Position numbers and translations under genes: made by a program | Source: Eledone cirrhosa | Taxonomy: Eukaryota | NCBI GenBank assembly: GCA_964016885.1 | Contig: OZ024745.1 | Location: 27,218,001-27,282,000 of the forward strand | Length of the DNA: 64,000 nt | Direction of reading: 5' to 3' | Shown: positions 40,745 to 55,672 of the stretch, one piece after another | How positions within the stretch are numbered: the first letter of the stretch is position 1 | Layout of the letters: each line of letters starts with the position of its first letter | Notes under the pieces: generated by a model | The model's input: the letters and a program-made list of their open reading frames with translations, nothing else | The model's database searches: none | Told to the model about the DNA's origin: nothing

Positions 40745-41159
40745 ACATTGTGAGTGCACGTGTCTGTGGAATACTCAGCCACTTAGATTATAATATTATA
40801 AAGGCTGTACCTGTAAATCTAAGGAGTCAGCCTTATCACACATTATGTGAATCTGAATCTCCCTGAGAATTACATTTACAGTACACGCATTTGTGGAATG
40901 CTTAGTCATTTGCACTTTAATTTCACTAGCAGGCTGTTCTGTTGATTGAACAACTGGAACACTCATCATCGAAATCAACGGAGATCCATTTGTGTCATTA
41001 TTGAGTATTTACCAATTGTTATTTGGTTGCTATTTCTAGCTGGTCGAGAGAATTCTTTAATGGCTTCTAATGCATAAGCCAACTGCGACCCCTTCGGCTT
41101 TCTGAATGGCACTCCTAATTTCAAAATGACCTTCAATTTTCTTTTTAGTAGTATGTCAC

Positions 41160-41438
41160 GTCTTATGATGAGCCGTATCCTATGCAGCCCGTCTTATGAT
41201 GAGCCGTATCTTATGCGGCTCGTCTTATGATGAGCTGTATCTTATGCGGCCCGTCTTATGATGAGCCGTATCCTGTGCGGCCCGCCTTATGATGAGCCGT
41301 ATCCTATGCGGCCCGTCTTATGATGCGCCTTATCCTATGCGGCCCACCTTATCATGTGCCTTATCCTATGCAGCCTGCCTTATGATGTGCCTTAACCTAT
41401 GCGGCCCGCCTTATGATGTGCCTTATCCTATGCGGCCC
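41160..41438. repeat. 31-bp minisatellite, about 9 copies
   Basis: Unit gtcttatgatgagccgtatcctatgcggccc. Confidence 0.9.
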
Positions 41439-43054
41439 ACTGCTCGAAAATGTTTGGCCATGCCTACAAGTATTGTAAATGATTTATTGGAGTGTAACAA
41501 GGTCCTCTTTACAAGAATGGGAGAAATGATGAGTTCTTTCAGCACGTCATTCTGGTAAATTACGAGGGTCGGCTGAAAAGTTCATAGGCTGACCAAGATA
41601 CTCTCATGGTATGAGCAAATGAAGTTCATTTTTCAACATAGTCCTTGGAAAGACGCAATGCAGTTATTAATAAGAGTTGAAATTAACGCATGCAAGATTT
41701 CATAGCTCTAACATCACTCCTTCATTGTCAGGTTCTAAATGTTTCGTTGTCGTATTCAACAGACTATCGCGTGACATATTGGTCACGTGGTATTCAACAG
41801 ACTACCACGTGACAGATTGGTCACGTGTTATTTACCATAGTTTTGTGAGAGAAACTTTGGAAGGCAGAAACCGTTGATTATTTCAACCTGGCGAGAAGAT
41901 GGGCCCCACCAGGTTATAAATGTCCAAGAAACGATGAATGTCATTACGGTGACCTTATGACTCCATCGGGAGTTACGGGTCTATACATACATTCGGACAA
42001 CTGGCATCTTTGAAATACAAGCACAAACCATCCGACAGTCTTCCGCACAGTTCCCGCCGACCAAAGTTTCACTCACATTATGTTTTTTCGTAGAGAATTA
42101 CAAAAACAAGGATCCTTGCACTCCGATAAGTGGCACAAACTCTATCTACTCCACTGAACGGCTTCTTATAAGGTTGTATTTCGTAGGGGAGGGTCTCTTG
42201 GGTGTTTTATTGATGAGTGCCGCAGTCCAAACATTTTAACATTTTTGTGGTAACAGGGAATTGGATTTGAACTCAGAAAGTACATACAAAATACTGCAAG
42301 ACAACCAGCGCTCTAAAAATTCTGGTAAGCACACCCCTCACGTGCTGATACTTTATATATAGAAGTCGATATATGATGGGCAAATATGATCTCGATGTGA
42401 TTTGAACTTGGGGTATAGTGAAGCGGAAGCTATTTCGCAAGGTAGTTAGTTAATGCGTCGTTCTAACTACAGTCAATTTGCTGTCTGGATAAGTTGTTAG
42501 ATAATGTTTGGCATAATGGGCAACAATTTCTGACAGAAGAGAGCAACAATCCCACAGACAAGATATACTTGTCACTTGCTATCTCTACAAACTTATCGAT
42601 CTCATCTCTTCGTCTCGCCCTTTGTCTTCTCCAGCTCTGTGAATCTGCCACCTCCTCCATTTAATCTCCGTTTTTCTTTGTAGGATTATAGAGACTAACT
42701 TTAAACGCGTTTACTCTCTTGGTGGGTGTAGCAGTAGTTGATGCTGTTAATATATGCTAATATATGTTAATATATACACAGTATATATTATGTCACTGCT
42801 TGTTTTTTCTGGTTTTTGTCAGGTAAATATCTTTACCAGTTTTATTTATATATTTACTACTGCTTTGAATTAATATTCAAAATAATGCATACTTTTTAAA
42901 ATATATTTATGCAAAGTAACATAGGTTTAGTCCTTAAGTTAAATTATTCTAAAACTATTTTTAGAAATATATTTATTCCTGCAGTTCGGTTTGGTAACTA
43001 ATAAAGACAACAATGCTACACTGGAGTTAATAAATATTATTAATTTTTAAAATA

Positions 43055-43480
43055 GGGACAAGGGCAGCAATTTTGGGGACGGAGAAAGTAGATTATATCG
43101 ACCCCAATACGTAACTGGTACTTTATCTTATCGATCCCGGAAGGGTGAAAAACAAAATCGACCTCGGTGGGATTTGAACTCAGAAGGTAGAAAGCCATAA
43201 CTAAATACCGCAAAGCACTTTATCCGACGCTCTGTCGATTCTACCAAATCACCGCCCTGGAGTAAATATCTCCAGGACTGAGGATTGGCAAAATCGGTAG
43301 AGCATCGAACGAAATGCTTTGTGATATTTGTTCCGGCTCCTTATATTCTGAGTTCAAATCCGACAAGAGTCAACTTCGTTTTTCATCCTTCCGAGATCGA
43401 TAAAATAAGGCACAAATCAGACCGAAATCGATAAAATAAAGTACCTGTCAGACCGAGATCGATAAAATAAAGCACTAGTC
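43055..43480. mobile_element. Two older SINE B-related copies arranged head-to-head
   Basis: Minus copy ~43055-43256 and plus copy ~43282-43480, each with the GAGTTCAAATCC B-box. Confidence 0.65.
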
Positions 43481-44045
43481 GGATACTGAGGTTGATTTAA
43501 CTTAGTCATTCTCCCAATTTGCGGGTCTCGTGTCTTGTAGAACTGGAGGCCTTGCTGGAAGTATAAGGGTCAATGGCACCATGAGACTGGAGGACCTTGT
43601 CGGAAGCAGGAGGGCGAGTAACATCACGTAAAGGGGAAGTAGGAAGTTGCAGGAGTGTGGTCTGTCTTTTTCGCTATTGTTCGGTATATGAGAAGCACGT
43701 GTTTCTGCTACGTGTGCTGGGGGTTATACGTTTTGGTGGGTAGGGCACTCACGGACAGGGATGTACACCATTCTAGATAAGCTGAACCAATGAGACATCC
43801 CGAGAGGTAGATGAGCTACGTTTCCCCCACCCCACCCTCCTCAGTACAACATGCCTAATTAGAAACAATTATTAATGCCATGTCAGAATTGGGAAAACAT
43901 CTAAAATGCTATTCGTGTGGAACTGTCACGTAACAACTGCTAGGAATACCCAGTGTCACCTTCGCTAAAATAAACGTAAAACAAGGACATAAATATGTAC
44001 GGGAGACAAATGATTAAATACACACACACACATACACACAGATAA

Positions 44046-44094
<49 letters not shown>

Positions 44095-44122
44095 TAAATA
44101 TATATATATATATACACACATG

Positions 44123-44154
<32 letters not shown>

Positions 44155-44167
44155 ATTTTACAATATA

Positions 44168-44306
<139 letters not shown>

Positions 44307-44353
44307 ACAATATATGTGTGTGTATATATATATATATATAATTTTACAATATA

Positions 44354-44429
<76 letters not shown>

Positions 44430-44539
44430 TAGTTTTACAATGTATGTGTGCATATATATTAATATATATATATATATATATATATATTTAAATCGTATTT
44501 TAATTTATTTAAAAGATTGTTTAATGTTTACTTGTTCCG

Positions 44540-44715
<176 letters not shown>

Positions 44716-45270
44716 ATAAAACAACCGTTTATGATATATGCGCTTTATTATGTAAATCACGTTTGAGGCCATGTGTCAGTTTATAATCTGAGCTCTCCTG
44801 TTTGTTTTCACTTAAAATTAAATTCAATGTGAAATAAGAAGGTCAAAAATCTATTTACGTTTGTGGTAAAGCATGTTCTTTTCTTATCTCGCAATATATA
44901 ATTAACTTCTATTTTCTTTCTTTCGCCTTTAAAATAAAACGATGTGCTCTTGTCCAAAAGGGCGTAACATTAATTATAAATAAAATGTCTCTGTTCGTAC
45001 CCAAATCCTGCGAAAACATGTCATTTTATAACAATATATATTTTGTTGGTAACTACATAAAGATTAATGAAAAGTAGAAAATATCTGTAGAATATAAATA
45101 TTTGTATATCCAACTGTTTGCGCCCCCCCCCCCCCCACTTCATACATACATACATACATACATACATACATACATACATACATACATACATACATACATA
45201 CATACATACATACGTACGTACATGCATACATACATACATACATGCATACATACGTACGTACATACATATA

Positions 45271-45670
45271 TGGTGGCTGCCAACTCGTTTTCGTGTACGG
45301 CCACTACTTTATATCCATGTAGGAGAACCCCTACCGATGCGCTGAACGAGTGTGACTTTTCAGTCCAGCCAGCGACTTGAAAACTCTGGTACAAACACTA
45401 CACTTGTGACAATTATTGACACATAGTGCTAGGCCTATGGTATCATGTGACGACAAGTGCAGAGAGATCTCCAGATATAAAGCAATGCCTGTGCCGTGAA
45501 GCTTTTATAGTGTGCAAAGGCACTGCACAAAGCCAGTCCCACTCTCTTAACCAAGATGATATTTACCAAAAAGAAGAACAAGTCAACATCATTGGATACC
45601 ATCAGGGTTGCAGGTGTTATACCAGAGTTTTCCTTCTAGAATTCTGCCTTGACAAAGGCTAAGGGGTCAT
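45271..45670. repeat. ~400-bp direct repeat, second copy at 46525-46928
   Basis: tggtggctgccaactcg...ggctaaggggtcat. Both copies start immediately after (TACA)n. Confidence 0.9.
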
Positions 45671-45820
45671 ATTAATATATATACATACATACATACACAC
45701 ATAGTACATACATACATACGTACGTACATACATAGATACATACATACATACATACATACATACATACATACATACATACATACATACATACATACATACA
45801 TACATACATACATACATACA

Positions 45821-46496
45821 TGGGGAGGGCCATCAGCTGACAATAAATGTAGGCTATGTAAAACAAAGATCGAGGATGTAAGCCACATTGTTGCCAGCTG
45901 CGAAAGAATGTGATCTCGCTGCTACTTCCCCATGAAACACGATGGGATAGCTAGAACCATCTGGAACGTACTTCGGAAAACAAAATTAACAACAAACGAG
46001 GAAGAATATATTGAGACAGATGACACTAAGGAATACTGGTGGAACCTGAAAATAAAAACTGCCAGCAAATTAAAGCACAACCAGCCTGATATTGTTGTTT
46101 GGAACCACACATTGAAAACGTGTTCTGTTGTGGAGATCAGCTGCCCACTTGATGTAAACGTTGTCAGAAAAATACAGGAGAAGGAGGACATCTACAGACC
46201 ATTGATGAGGAGTTTACAAATCCAGTATCCAAGATACACCTTTAGCTTCATACCCATTATTATTGGAGCTACGGGTTATATACCAACCCGCTTGGACCAA
46301 AGTATGACTGAACTTGGATTTGCAGACAGAGAGCGCAGCTCCCTAATTCATAGTCTACAAATGACTGCGATAGCTGGCACCTTCAAAATTTGCAAAACAT
46401 TCTTGCGATTCAAGGGATGACAATTTCTTTTCTTTTACAACCTTGCCACCAGGAAGGTGGCCGGTCAAAAAAATATACTCGAAATTAAGAGAAAGA
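45821..46496 (+). mobile_element. 5'-truncated restriction-like-endonuclease non-LTR retrotransposon (R4/Dong-like)
   Basis: CRLCKTKIEDVSHIVASC (CCHC knuckle), KHD, then NQPDIVVWN...VVEISCP (PD..E catalytic motif), one stop codon. Flanked by (TACA)n on both sides. Confidence 0.85.
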
Positions 46497-47219
46497 TACA
46501 TACATACATACATACATACATACATGGTGGCTGCCAACTCGTTTTCGAGTACGGCCACTACTTTACATCCATGTAGGAGAACCCCTACCGATGCGCTGAA
46601 CGAGTGTGACTTTTTAGTCCAGCCAGCGACTTGAAAACTCTGGTACAAACACTACACTTGTGACAATTATTGACACATAGTGCTGGGCCCATGGTACCAT
46701 GTGACGACAATTGCAGAGAGATCTCCAGATATAAAGCAATGCCTGTGCCGTGAAGCTTTTATAGTGAGCAAAGGCACTGCACAAAGCCAGTCCCACTCTC
46801 TTAACCAAGATGATATTTACCAAAAAGAAGAACAAGTCAACATCATTGGATACCATCAGGGTTGCAGGTGTTATATCAGAGTTTTCCTTCTCCTAGAATT
46901 CTGCCTTGACAAAGGCTAAGGGGTCATCCCTCCCGGATATACATGCGTACATACATGCATGCGTACATACATACATGCGTACATACATACATACATATAT
47001 ACATACATATGTATACATCTGCATATACATAAATACATGTATTCATATATACATATACATACACACGTACGTACGTAGATACATACATACGTATGTACAT
47101 ACACACATACGTACACACATATATACATACATACATACATATGTATACGTCTGCATATACATAAATACATGTATGCATATATACATATACATACATACAA
47201 AAATGCATACACACACACA

Positions 47220-47346
<127 letters not shown>

Positions 47347-48109
47347 AACTTCTTTTAATATTCTCTTTTTTAACTACTTTTAATATTCTCCGTTATGTAG
47401 AGAACAAATCTGTTGTTCTATTTAGCTGCTATTTTTAGTAGCGAGATAGACAATACGTCTATGTTTACTTCCGCTTCTACTAAGGGCTGGTTCATGCATA
47501 GGTCAAATTTTCGGCCCCATTCGATCCTGTGCTAGCTGGCAGATGGCAATATATTTTGCCGTTCCCGGGACTTTTTGTCCTAAGAAAGGAAAATGCTTTC
47601 TGATGATCTAAACTTTTCTATTGGAGGTCCCTAGGGATCTCCAATCTTTTGTGAAGTGAAACCGATTGGTAAAAGCAATTGGAATAGGTAAATATTTAAA
47701 TTATATTTTTTAATTTATTTTAAAAAATTGTTTGAATCTTGCTTGCTCCGCTTATCTCAATTTTATATATATATATATATATATATGATGATTGCTTTAT
47801 CTTGTCAGATGGTAGTCGTTTCAACATCAGCTCAGTCATTCTTGCTAGTCTACAACTTCTCATGTGCAAGGAGGTGACTTCTCAATCCAGTAACAAAAGG
47901 CAAGACCAACACCCAACACCAGACATTGGCAACTCTCCAACATAAAACACACCAGCATACGTGACTTGAGAACCGTGACTGCTCACGCCTATACTACATC
48001 TCTCGAGCTGATGCAACTACAGATGTGATGGTATTTCAAATTTTGTGGCACCCCAATAAATGCAGCAATAGATCCGATGTCTACATGGTGCTAAGAGTTC
48101 AGTGCCTTG

Positions 48110-48303
48110 CAGATCTATCAACTCTCCCCGTCCGACGGGGAGATCTCCCCCTCAGTTGGAGGTGGGTGAGAGATATCTTGTTTTGAGAAAATTAGTATAG
48201 CCTTCTTTATGTAAAATTTACCCATTTTGCCTCATTTCTCCCCACTTTGGAGCACTTTTTTTATAGTACTCCCCGTTTGGGTTTTTAGGGGTTGGCATGT
48301 CTG
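48110..48303. mobile_element. MITE of the 6-bp-TSD family
   Basis: CAGATCTATCAAC...GTTGGCATGTCTG, flanks GCCTTG/GTCTTG. Confidence 0.75.
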
Positions 48304-49109
48304 GTCTTGGTTTGTATTGTCTGTAGAGATAGAATGACAGATGAGAAGATGCAAAAGAGACATCTGCACACCATAGATTATGGTGAGAAACGCGTGTACA
48401 ACACAAGTGCCACTATCTAATTCTCAGAGATTAATCTGATGACAAGTCTAAGCAAGATGACCAATAATAATCACGCAAACAACAGGTCTCACTTCAGAGT
48501 TTCCCTCTCTTAGAAGACTGTTGTAACAATAGATCGGTGTCTTTTACTCCCAGTGGACACACTGTGTACTCTGGCACCATCCTGGGAGATTTCTGAGTTC
48601 CCGTACACAGATGCGTTGTAAAATCTGTCCTGCGATTTTTTCCATCGACATTCTTTAACCTTTTGATTGAACCAGAGGCTTCTTTTGCAAACCGATGCCA
48701 CACCAAGCAGCTACCCCACCCCCTACACACACACCATTTAACATCTAAAGCGGAAACTCCCGAGCTGAACAATCTCCATTCTGTTTCGATGTCCGCAGTT
48801 TTTTCAAGGAGTTCTCTGAATTTAGATGCAATAGTTACGGATTCATCTGGACTGGCAATATGACTAAACCACGTGGATTGCATGTTAAATGTAGAAAGAA
48901 ACCGATCTGTTACCATATTTCTAATGAAAGATACTGCTTATGATTTTCAAGTAATTTTGAAACTTTTCAAGAATTTGAAAGTATTTAATTATATAATTAA
49001 CTTTCTCATAATTACGCTGATGTTTGAATCATAACTTAGCAAAGGTTCATTATAGAAGAAATTGAAATAGAAATAGAAGCGTCGCTGTAACAGTGACTAC
49101 AACACACAA

Positions 49110-49455
49110 TACCCATCTTTTTCTGTTCAGTGGGTTTATATGCCCCATTATTAGACTAAGGCGGTGGATTGGCAGTATCGGTAGAGGGTCGGACGCCATG
49201 CTTTGGAGCAAAGAGTTACGGCCCTTTATGATCTGAGTTCAAATCCCGCCGAGGTTAACTTTACCTTTCATCCTTACGGGGTCGATAAAATAAAGTACCA
49301 GTAATACACTAGGATAATTGCTGGCCTTGCGCCAAAAGTAGAAACAATTATTCGACTATATCACTTCTTCAATGATACAGCGAAGCTTCTATGTCTATTT
49401 CAATATATAGACACACACACACACACACACACACATACACACACACACACACACT
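49110..49455 (+). repeat. Local duplication (SINE B plus unique flanks and (CA)n); second copy ~50653-51018
   Basis: Shared upstream atacccatcttttt...attattagacta and downstream ttcgactatatcacttcttcaatgatacagcgaagc flanks. Confidence 0.85.
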
Positions 49456-50955
49456 GGAGCGAGGTCAGAGAGTTGGTAATAAAAATATTAAACAAAAACA
49501 ATCTAAAGCAGTTAAACAAAGGAGACATTTACAGACAACACATTCCGAGTGAAGAATATATTGATTTCTAATTTAGTTTCAAGGCCATCACATTTGGGGG
49601 AAAGAGTAAAGTTGATTAAATCAATGATACATTATTTTATGGACCCCGGAAGGGTGAAAAGCAAAGTTGACCTCGTTGGGATTTGAACTCAGAACGTAAA
49701 GAGCCTAAACAAATACCCCAATCATATTTTATCTGACGATCTACCGTACTAATTCTGCCAATCCACCAACCCAAGTGAAGGATATATTGAAATAATGTGT
49801 TTGGAAGTGAATCAAAGGAAAGCTACATTTTCGTCATTTATGTAAAAATTGTAAAAATGCTTTACTTCCATTGGTTATTGATTAACAAAAGTAGGTGAAG
49901 GACATACAAGTGCAGACGTTGTTAAAGTCTTTAGATTGAACAGTAGATAAATAATATGTCAAAGATATTAATAACATTTAACTTTCTAATGATAAATGTT
50001 CAGTGTCAAATGTTTGTGAAACTCGGTTAATATGATTTCAATATTTTCTCTTCAAATTGAAGAGTGAATAGACTTTGCTAGTTTAACAGTTTTACTTGTG
50101 CTTGTATGTTTGTATCTATAAATGTAGCATTGAAGAAGACTTATTAATCTGAAGGTCCTTGGAATGCCGTGCTACAGGGGAAGCAACGTTTCATTGAATT
50201 AAGTTATACCGAAATTCTGTGAAAATTTGTTCAAGTATTTGGACTTATGGTACTGAAAAATGTTTAGTTCTGTGGCAATAATAGTAATAATAATTATTAT
50301 TTCTTTATTTGCCACGAGGGCGAAAACATGAAGGACAATACAAAAATAGGAACAGTGGGGGTTTACATAAAATCAAGGAAAAAAAAGTAACCACAAAATA
50401 CATAACAAGAAAGATCCCCAATAGGCGGAGTACCACTCAGGGGTAACTTAGGAACGCCTAAAGGCTCCTAAGATGCCGCCACCAGGTAGAGGAAAGCGGA
50501 GCGATTGTCACGATGGACTCGGTCGATTGCCGGATCCATTCTACACGTAATAATAGCTATATAGGAAAAAGCAGGCTGGAAATTTGAGGAGAAAAAAAGG
50601 CTTATCAGGGTGGGTGAAGTGGGTAGGCAAATAGTCCAGGTATGGTGTGTTGATACCCATCTTTTTCCGTTCAGTAGATTTATACGCCCATTATTAGACT
50701 ATAAGGGCGGTGGATTGGCAGTATCGGTAGAGGGTCGGACGCCATGCTTTGCAGCAAAGAGTTACGGCCCTTTATGGTCTGAGTTCAAATCCCGCCGAGG
50801 TTAACTTTGCTTTTCATCCTTACGGGGTCGATAAAATAAAGTACCAGTAATACACTGGGATAATTGCTGGCCTTGCGCCAAAAGTAGAAACAATTATTCG
50901 ACTATATCACTTCTTCAATGATACAGCGAAGCTTCTATGTCTATTTCAATATATA

Positions 50956-51021
<66 letters not shown>

Positions 51022-51383
51022 AATGTATATGTGTGTGTGTGTGTTTGTGTATAACATAAAAGCAATTAAAATATAACATGAGAAAAATACAGTCAGCAGT
51101 TGCTGCCACACTTATGTCTTGAAACCTAAGGTAGTGTAATACATATTATATAATAATAAATTAGCTTTTTTCACTACACAGAGCGATCTTTTCTTTTTTC
51201 CTTCCCGCTGCAGCATAATACATACATGTGTGCGCACGCGCACACGCATATGTGTGTGTGTGTTTATATATATATATATATATATATATGCATATACCTA
51301 TATAATACACGTATATGCGTATGGCCTGTTATTTATTCTCGTTCACCCGATGTACAATCTCCTCTTGAAAAAGAAAGAAACAT

Positions 51384-51482
<99 letters not shown>

Positions 51483-52309
51483 CAAATATATATATATAAC
51501 AAGAGAAAAATACAAAAAATATCTAAAGTAATTTTTTCATTGACTTTCATTGTGTGAGCCAGAAACTACTTAACTGGTGAGAGTTATTAGAGCAAGCATG
51601 GTGGCCTTGAGGAGAAGAGAAGGAGAGAAGGAGATATTAACAGAGAGAGGGAGAGAAGAAGATATTAACAGAGAGAAGGAGGGATGGAGTGATATGATCA
51701 ATAGAGTAACAAAAGAACAGACCATGGTAACTGGAGACTAAATCGATACTGGAAGGAATAGTTAGCAACCTTTTTATGAATTCAATAAATGTTGTTGGCA
51801 TGCCCCAGCATGGTCGTAGTCTAATGATTAGAACATTCTGTTCTCTTTATACACAAGGAAGAAAAAACAATTTTTTTTCTTTTTTGCTTTGATTGAAAGT
51901 AATATCTAGCAACATTCAATGTATTATAAGTGTTTATAAGAGACAGAGGCAATTGAAGTGAAGGTATATATAATGCAGCCCACCCAAACACGGCTTAAAA
52001 GGGTCATTACATCCCGGAGAAGAGGCACAGTGGGCCAAAAGTGAGCCGAGGGTCGAGGTATTGATTTCCACCAGTTATAATGCTAATCTGCAATACAGCT
52101 GATAGGTTGAAATTTATTTATTCATTTTCATCAAAATGTCTAAAATCTTTCCTGAGCCCAGAAGCTCACCAGACCGGCGCTTATCCCGGTTTTTCGTGGC
52201 GTTAAGCGGCTGAGAGAACAAGACTACCCTCTGGATATGACACCAGTCCATCGCAGGGTTAAACTCCCACCTACTGCTGGTATTCATTTTCAGCTGAGTA
52301 TAATGAAAC

Positions 52310-52743
52310 TGTAACGAAAGGTATAGATAGTGGTTGTTAGATGAAACAACAAGAATAGCTTATTTACTTTATATATAAAAAGGTTTACTTCACTTCAGTC
52401 AAAAACAACAATAAACAAGTTACCACGAGTTGCGAAGGTTGACGATGGTATTTTGTTGTTGGTTCATGAGGCTGGTGTAGTCTGAGACCAGGAAAGAGAG
52501 AGTAATGGTCTGTGGTTGACTGTAGACCTCAGCGGCCTGTAGCAGGCGGTGAATCTTTCCCATAGCTATACGATCTCTGTTTAAAACGTGGGAAAATATA
52601 GGCTTTATATACTTGTCGTTTTCTGTCTCCCTACCTCGAGGAATCGCCCACGCATGAACATGTCCACGCCGAAAAGGATGGTGACCTAGAATTTGACTTT
52701 TAGGTGTCACCCATGGTTCAAGGCGTGGACAGATTTCGCTACA
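52310..52743 (-). mobile_element. Solo LTR inserted into a family C SINE
   Basis: TGTAACGAAA...TTTCGCTACA (TG..CA with short inverted ends), AAAC duplicated on both sides, TATA-like TATATAAA on minus. It splits SINE halves at ~52130-52309 and 52744-52855. Confidence 0.7.
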
Positions 52744-53154
52744 AAACAGCGTGAAATGAAGTGTTTTGTTCAAGAACACAACACACAACCCAGTCTAGGA
52801 ATCGAAGCCATGAGATTATGCTCGTATGTCCAACACCCTTACCACTTGCTTCCATAAAATTAATACACTTATAATAGTAATCGGGATATGTGAATAGGGG
52901 ACAAATTTTTCCTTAATTCTGTTTTTTAATTTTTGTAAGCCCCCCCCCCCCCCCCCCCCCCCTCCTTTTCACTTTTGATAAATTCCGTTTCTTCTATTTT
53001 ATTGTATTTCATGGGTGAATTACAATAAATTATATGATAGATGTTACTAAAGCAGGGAAAAATTACCAGGTTTTAGGAAAATATCAGTGACGAAAATTGT
53101 TCTGACGCAGTAGTGTGTAAGTCATGTGTTAAAGAACTCTAATATATATATCTA

Positions 53155-53575
53155 TAATTGTTTCTACTTTTGGCACAAGACACAAGGCACAAGGCCAGCA
53201 ATTACCCAGTGCATTACTGGTACTTTATTTTATCGACCCCATAAGGATGAAAGGCAAAGTTAACCTTAGAGGGATTTGAACTCAGATCATAAAGGGACGT
53301 AACTCTGCTGGAAAGCATGCCCGACCCTCTACCGATACTGCCAATTCACCTTCGTATAATATACAATATAATTGTTTCTACTTTAGGCACAAGGCCAGCA
53401 AATACCCAGTGTATTACTGGTACTTTATTTTATCGACCCCGTAAGGATGAATGGCAAAGTCAACTTCGGCGGGATTTGAACTCAGATCGTAAAGGGACGT
53501 AACTATGCTGAAAAGCATGGCGTCCGACTCTCTACCGATACTGCCAATTCACCTTCCTATAATATATAATATAAT
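53155..53575 (-). mobile_element. Tandem pair of SINE B copies
   Basis: Two consecutive copies sharing the flank aattcaccttc-tataatata. Confidence 0.8.
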
Positions 53576-53604
53576 ATAATATAAGTATATATACTGTAGA
53601 TGTA

Positions 53605-53900
53605 TCTTTCAGCCTAAGCTTCAAGAAGCAAATCCTCTTTCATAATTGGATCCAGTCCATACCACATTCCGACAGCCGGGAACTTGTGAGTATCCCCACT
53701 CCCACATGTACAGTCATTTCTAGCTCAACACATGAGTAGTGCAGTTTCCATCCTCCATCCAAATCTAAGGTATCAGAACGATGAAACTTTGTGAAAACCC
53801 GACTATATCTAGCCGGTAACATCTAGTCTCCCCCACTAGTTCCTGCTTCTTACCTGTAAGGACTGTTACATTCCAGTTGCCAATTGTTAAGAGTTGTTTC
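53605..53900 (-). mobile_element. RTE-type LINE 5' fragment (AP endonuclease N-terminus)
   Basis: NWNVTVLTGKKQELVGETRCYRLDIVGFS and LDGGWKLHYSCVE...VGVGILTS, typical of the APE WNV / DIVG / GVGIL motifs. Confidence 0.7.
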
Positions 53901-54231
53901 ATTCTGGGCTCACTTTATGATCTCGGGATACACAACCTTTGTGCGTCCATCCTGCGCCTCCCAGGACAGGTCGCAGGCCCATCTCCAGTTGTTGCAACGT
54001 TGGATGGAGACTGCAATCTACATCATCAAGCAGACCCCTCTACCTAAAGCCTCAACGCATCCCTTGTTACCTCACGCGAAAGACGATGTGGTATAAATGG
54101 TTTTATTGTATCTAACTATATTGTAGTTATGATGGTCTCAATCAAGCCAGTTAGAAATTTAGTACTTTTCTCAGATCCGCGAAGACTAGGCTTTTTGAGG
54201 GGTCCTTCACTCACCTCGTTATAGCTACATA

Positions 54232-54423
54232 GGGCGGTGGATTGGCAGTACCGGTAGAGGGTCGGACGCCATGCTTTGACGCAAAGAGTTACGGCCCTTT
54301 ATGGTCTGAGTTCAAATCCCGCCGAGGTTAACTTTGCCTTTCATCCTTACGGGGTCGATAAAATAAAGTACCAGTAATACACTGGGATAATTTCTGGCCT
54401 TGTGCCAAAAGTAGAAACAATTA
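54232..54423 (+). mobile_element. Full-length SINE family B with 12-bp TSD
   Basis: TTATAGCTACAT present at both flanks. Confidence 0.85.
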
Positions 54424-54599
54424 TAGCTACATTTTTGTTGGGTGTCACCCATTGGTCCATATCCCCTAGTAGTTTACCGCTGGTGGTCCGGTGTTGCTTA
54501 TTCGTCCGGTAGAAATCCGCTTATATAACCATTATATCTGATGGCCGTAGCGCTATCCGTTACATTCAGCCCGTTAAGCAACGACGCTTTAACTACTCC

Positions 54600-54780
54600 A
54601 CGTTTCTCTAGAAATATAGTAAAAATGAACGCAACAATGCTGGCTAATTATGTTTGGAGTATGAAAGCACAGACTTTGGATTTCAGTATCAACTAGAAGA
54701 TCATCGATAGATATAGAACCCTACAGAAATGGAGCGAATGGTTTAAAAGATCCTTATGTGCATTAGATAACAAATATTTA
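54600..54780 (+). mobile_element. Second Penelope-like GIY-YIG C-terminal remnant
   Basis: NATMLANYVWSMKAQTLDFSIN*KIIDR then PYRNG resembles the T-LS-Y-W...I-W-I motif. Confidence 0.55.
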
Positions 54781-55141
54781 CTAAAAACTGACATATCCAC
54801 ATGTACCTCCTGAAACATTGGAGGCTTATACCATTAGCTGTGAAAGAAGAACGAACTTAGTAACGCTACTTTGCCTTCGACATTCTACGTGAAGACAATG
54901 ACTCACATTATATTTGTGATAAAACTTATTTATGATAAGAATATAAAAAACATCTCTCCTTTCGTGTTTCATATGGACTTATTCCTGCCGTATCAGATAA
55001 CATCTCTCCCTCTCGCTTCTCTCTTTACCCCTCTCTCCATATATATATATATATATATATGGAGAGAGGGGTAAAGATAGGGAGAGAGAAAGAGCGGATA
55101 TATATATATATATATATATCCTCTCTTCTCTCTCTATCTCT

Positions 55142-55204
<63 letters not shown>

Positions 55205-55672
55205 ATGGTATGAGCAACCAGCCACTAACCTTTCACCTCCTGCATACATGTGACCTTCAGGCGACATTGTCGGCTATGTATGATATAAATCTGTCAAATC
55301 TGCCCTTCATGTGTCGCATGAAAGTCACTTCACACGGAGAACCAGTATATCATTTTATATCAGCAGCTGTTAACTACCGTTTCAATTTACAGTAAATATT
55401 TATTCACTAAGTAAGGTCAGATTCTGAACGACACTGTCGAAAACAACAACTTCAATGTTGCTGTTCATAAATAAATTTAAAATGTTTAAATCTAGACATA
55501 GATTCACTACAATGACACGAGCGTTAGAAAGTCGGATAAAATACACTTAAGGATAGAAAATAAGTGGCTAGCAGCCAGTACAGAGAATCGAACTCTGTAT
55601 CTTGAATTCTGACCAAGTACGTTAACCTTTATGCAAAGTAGACAACAGTTTCTGTCCAAATTAGGAACTATA

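Noticed and set aside
55423-55470. CTGAACGA...GAAA followed by a hairpin
   Set aside because: Core spacing does not fit the hammerhead consensus and there is no stem I.
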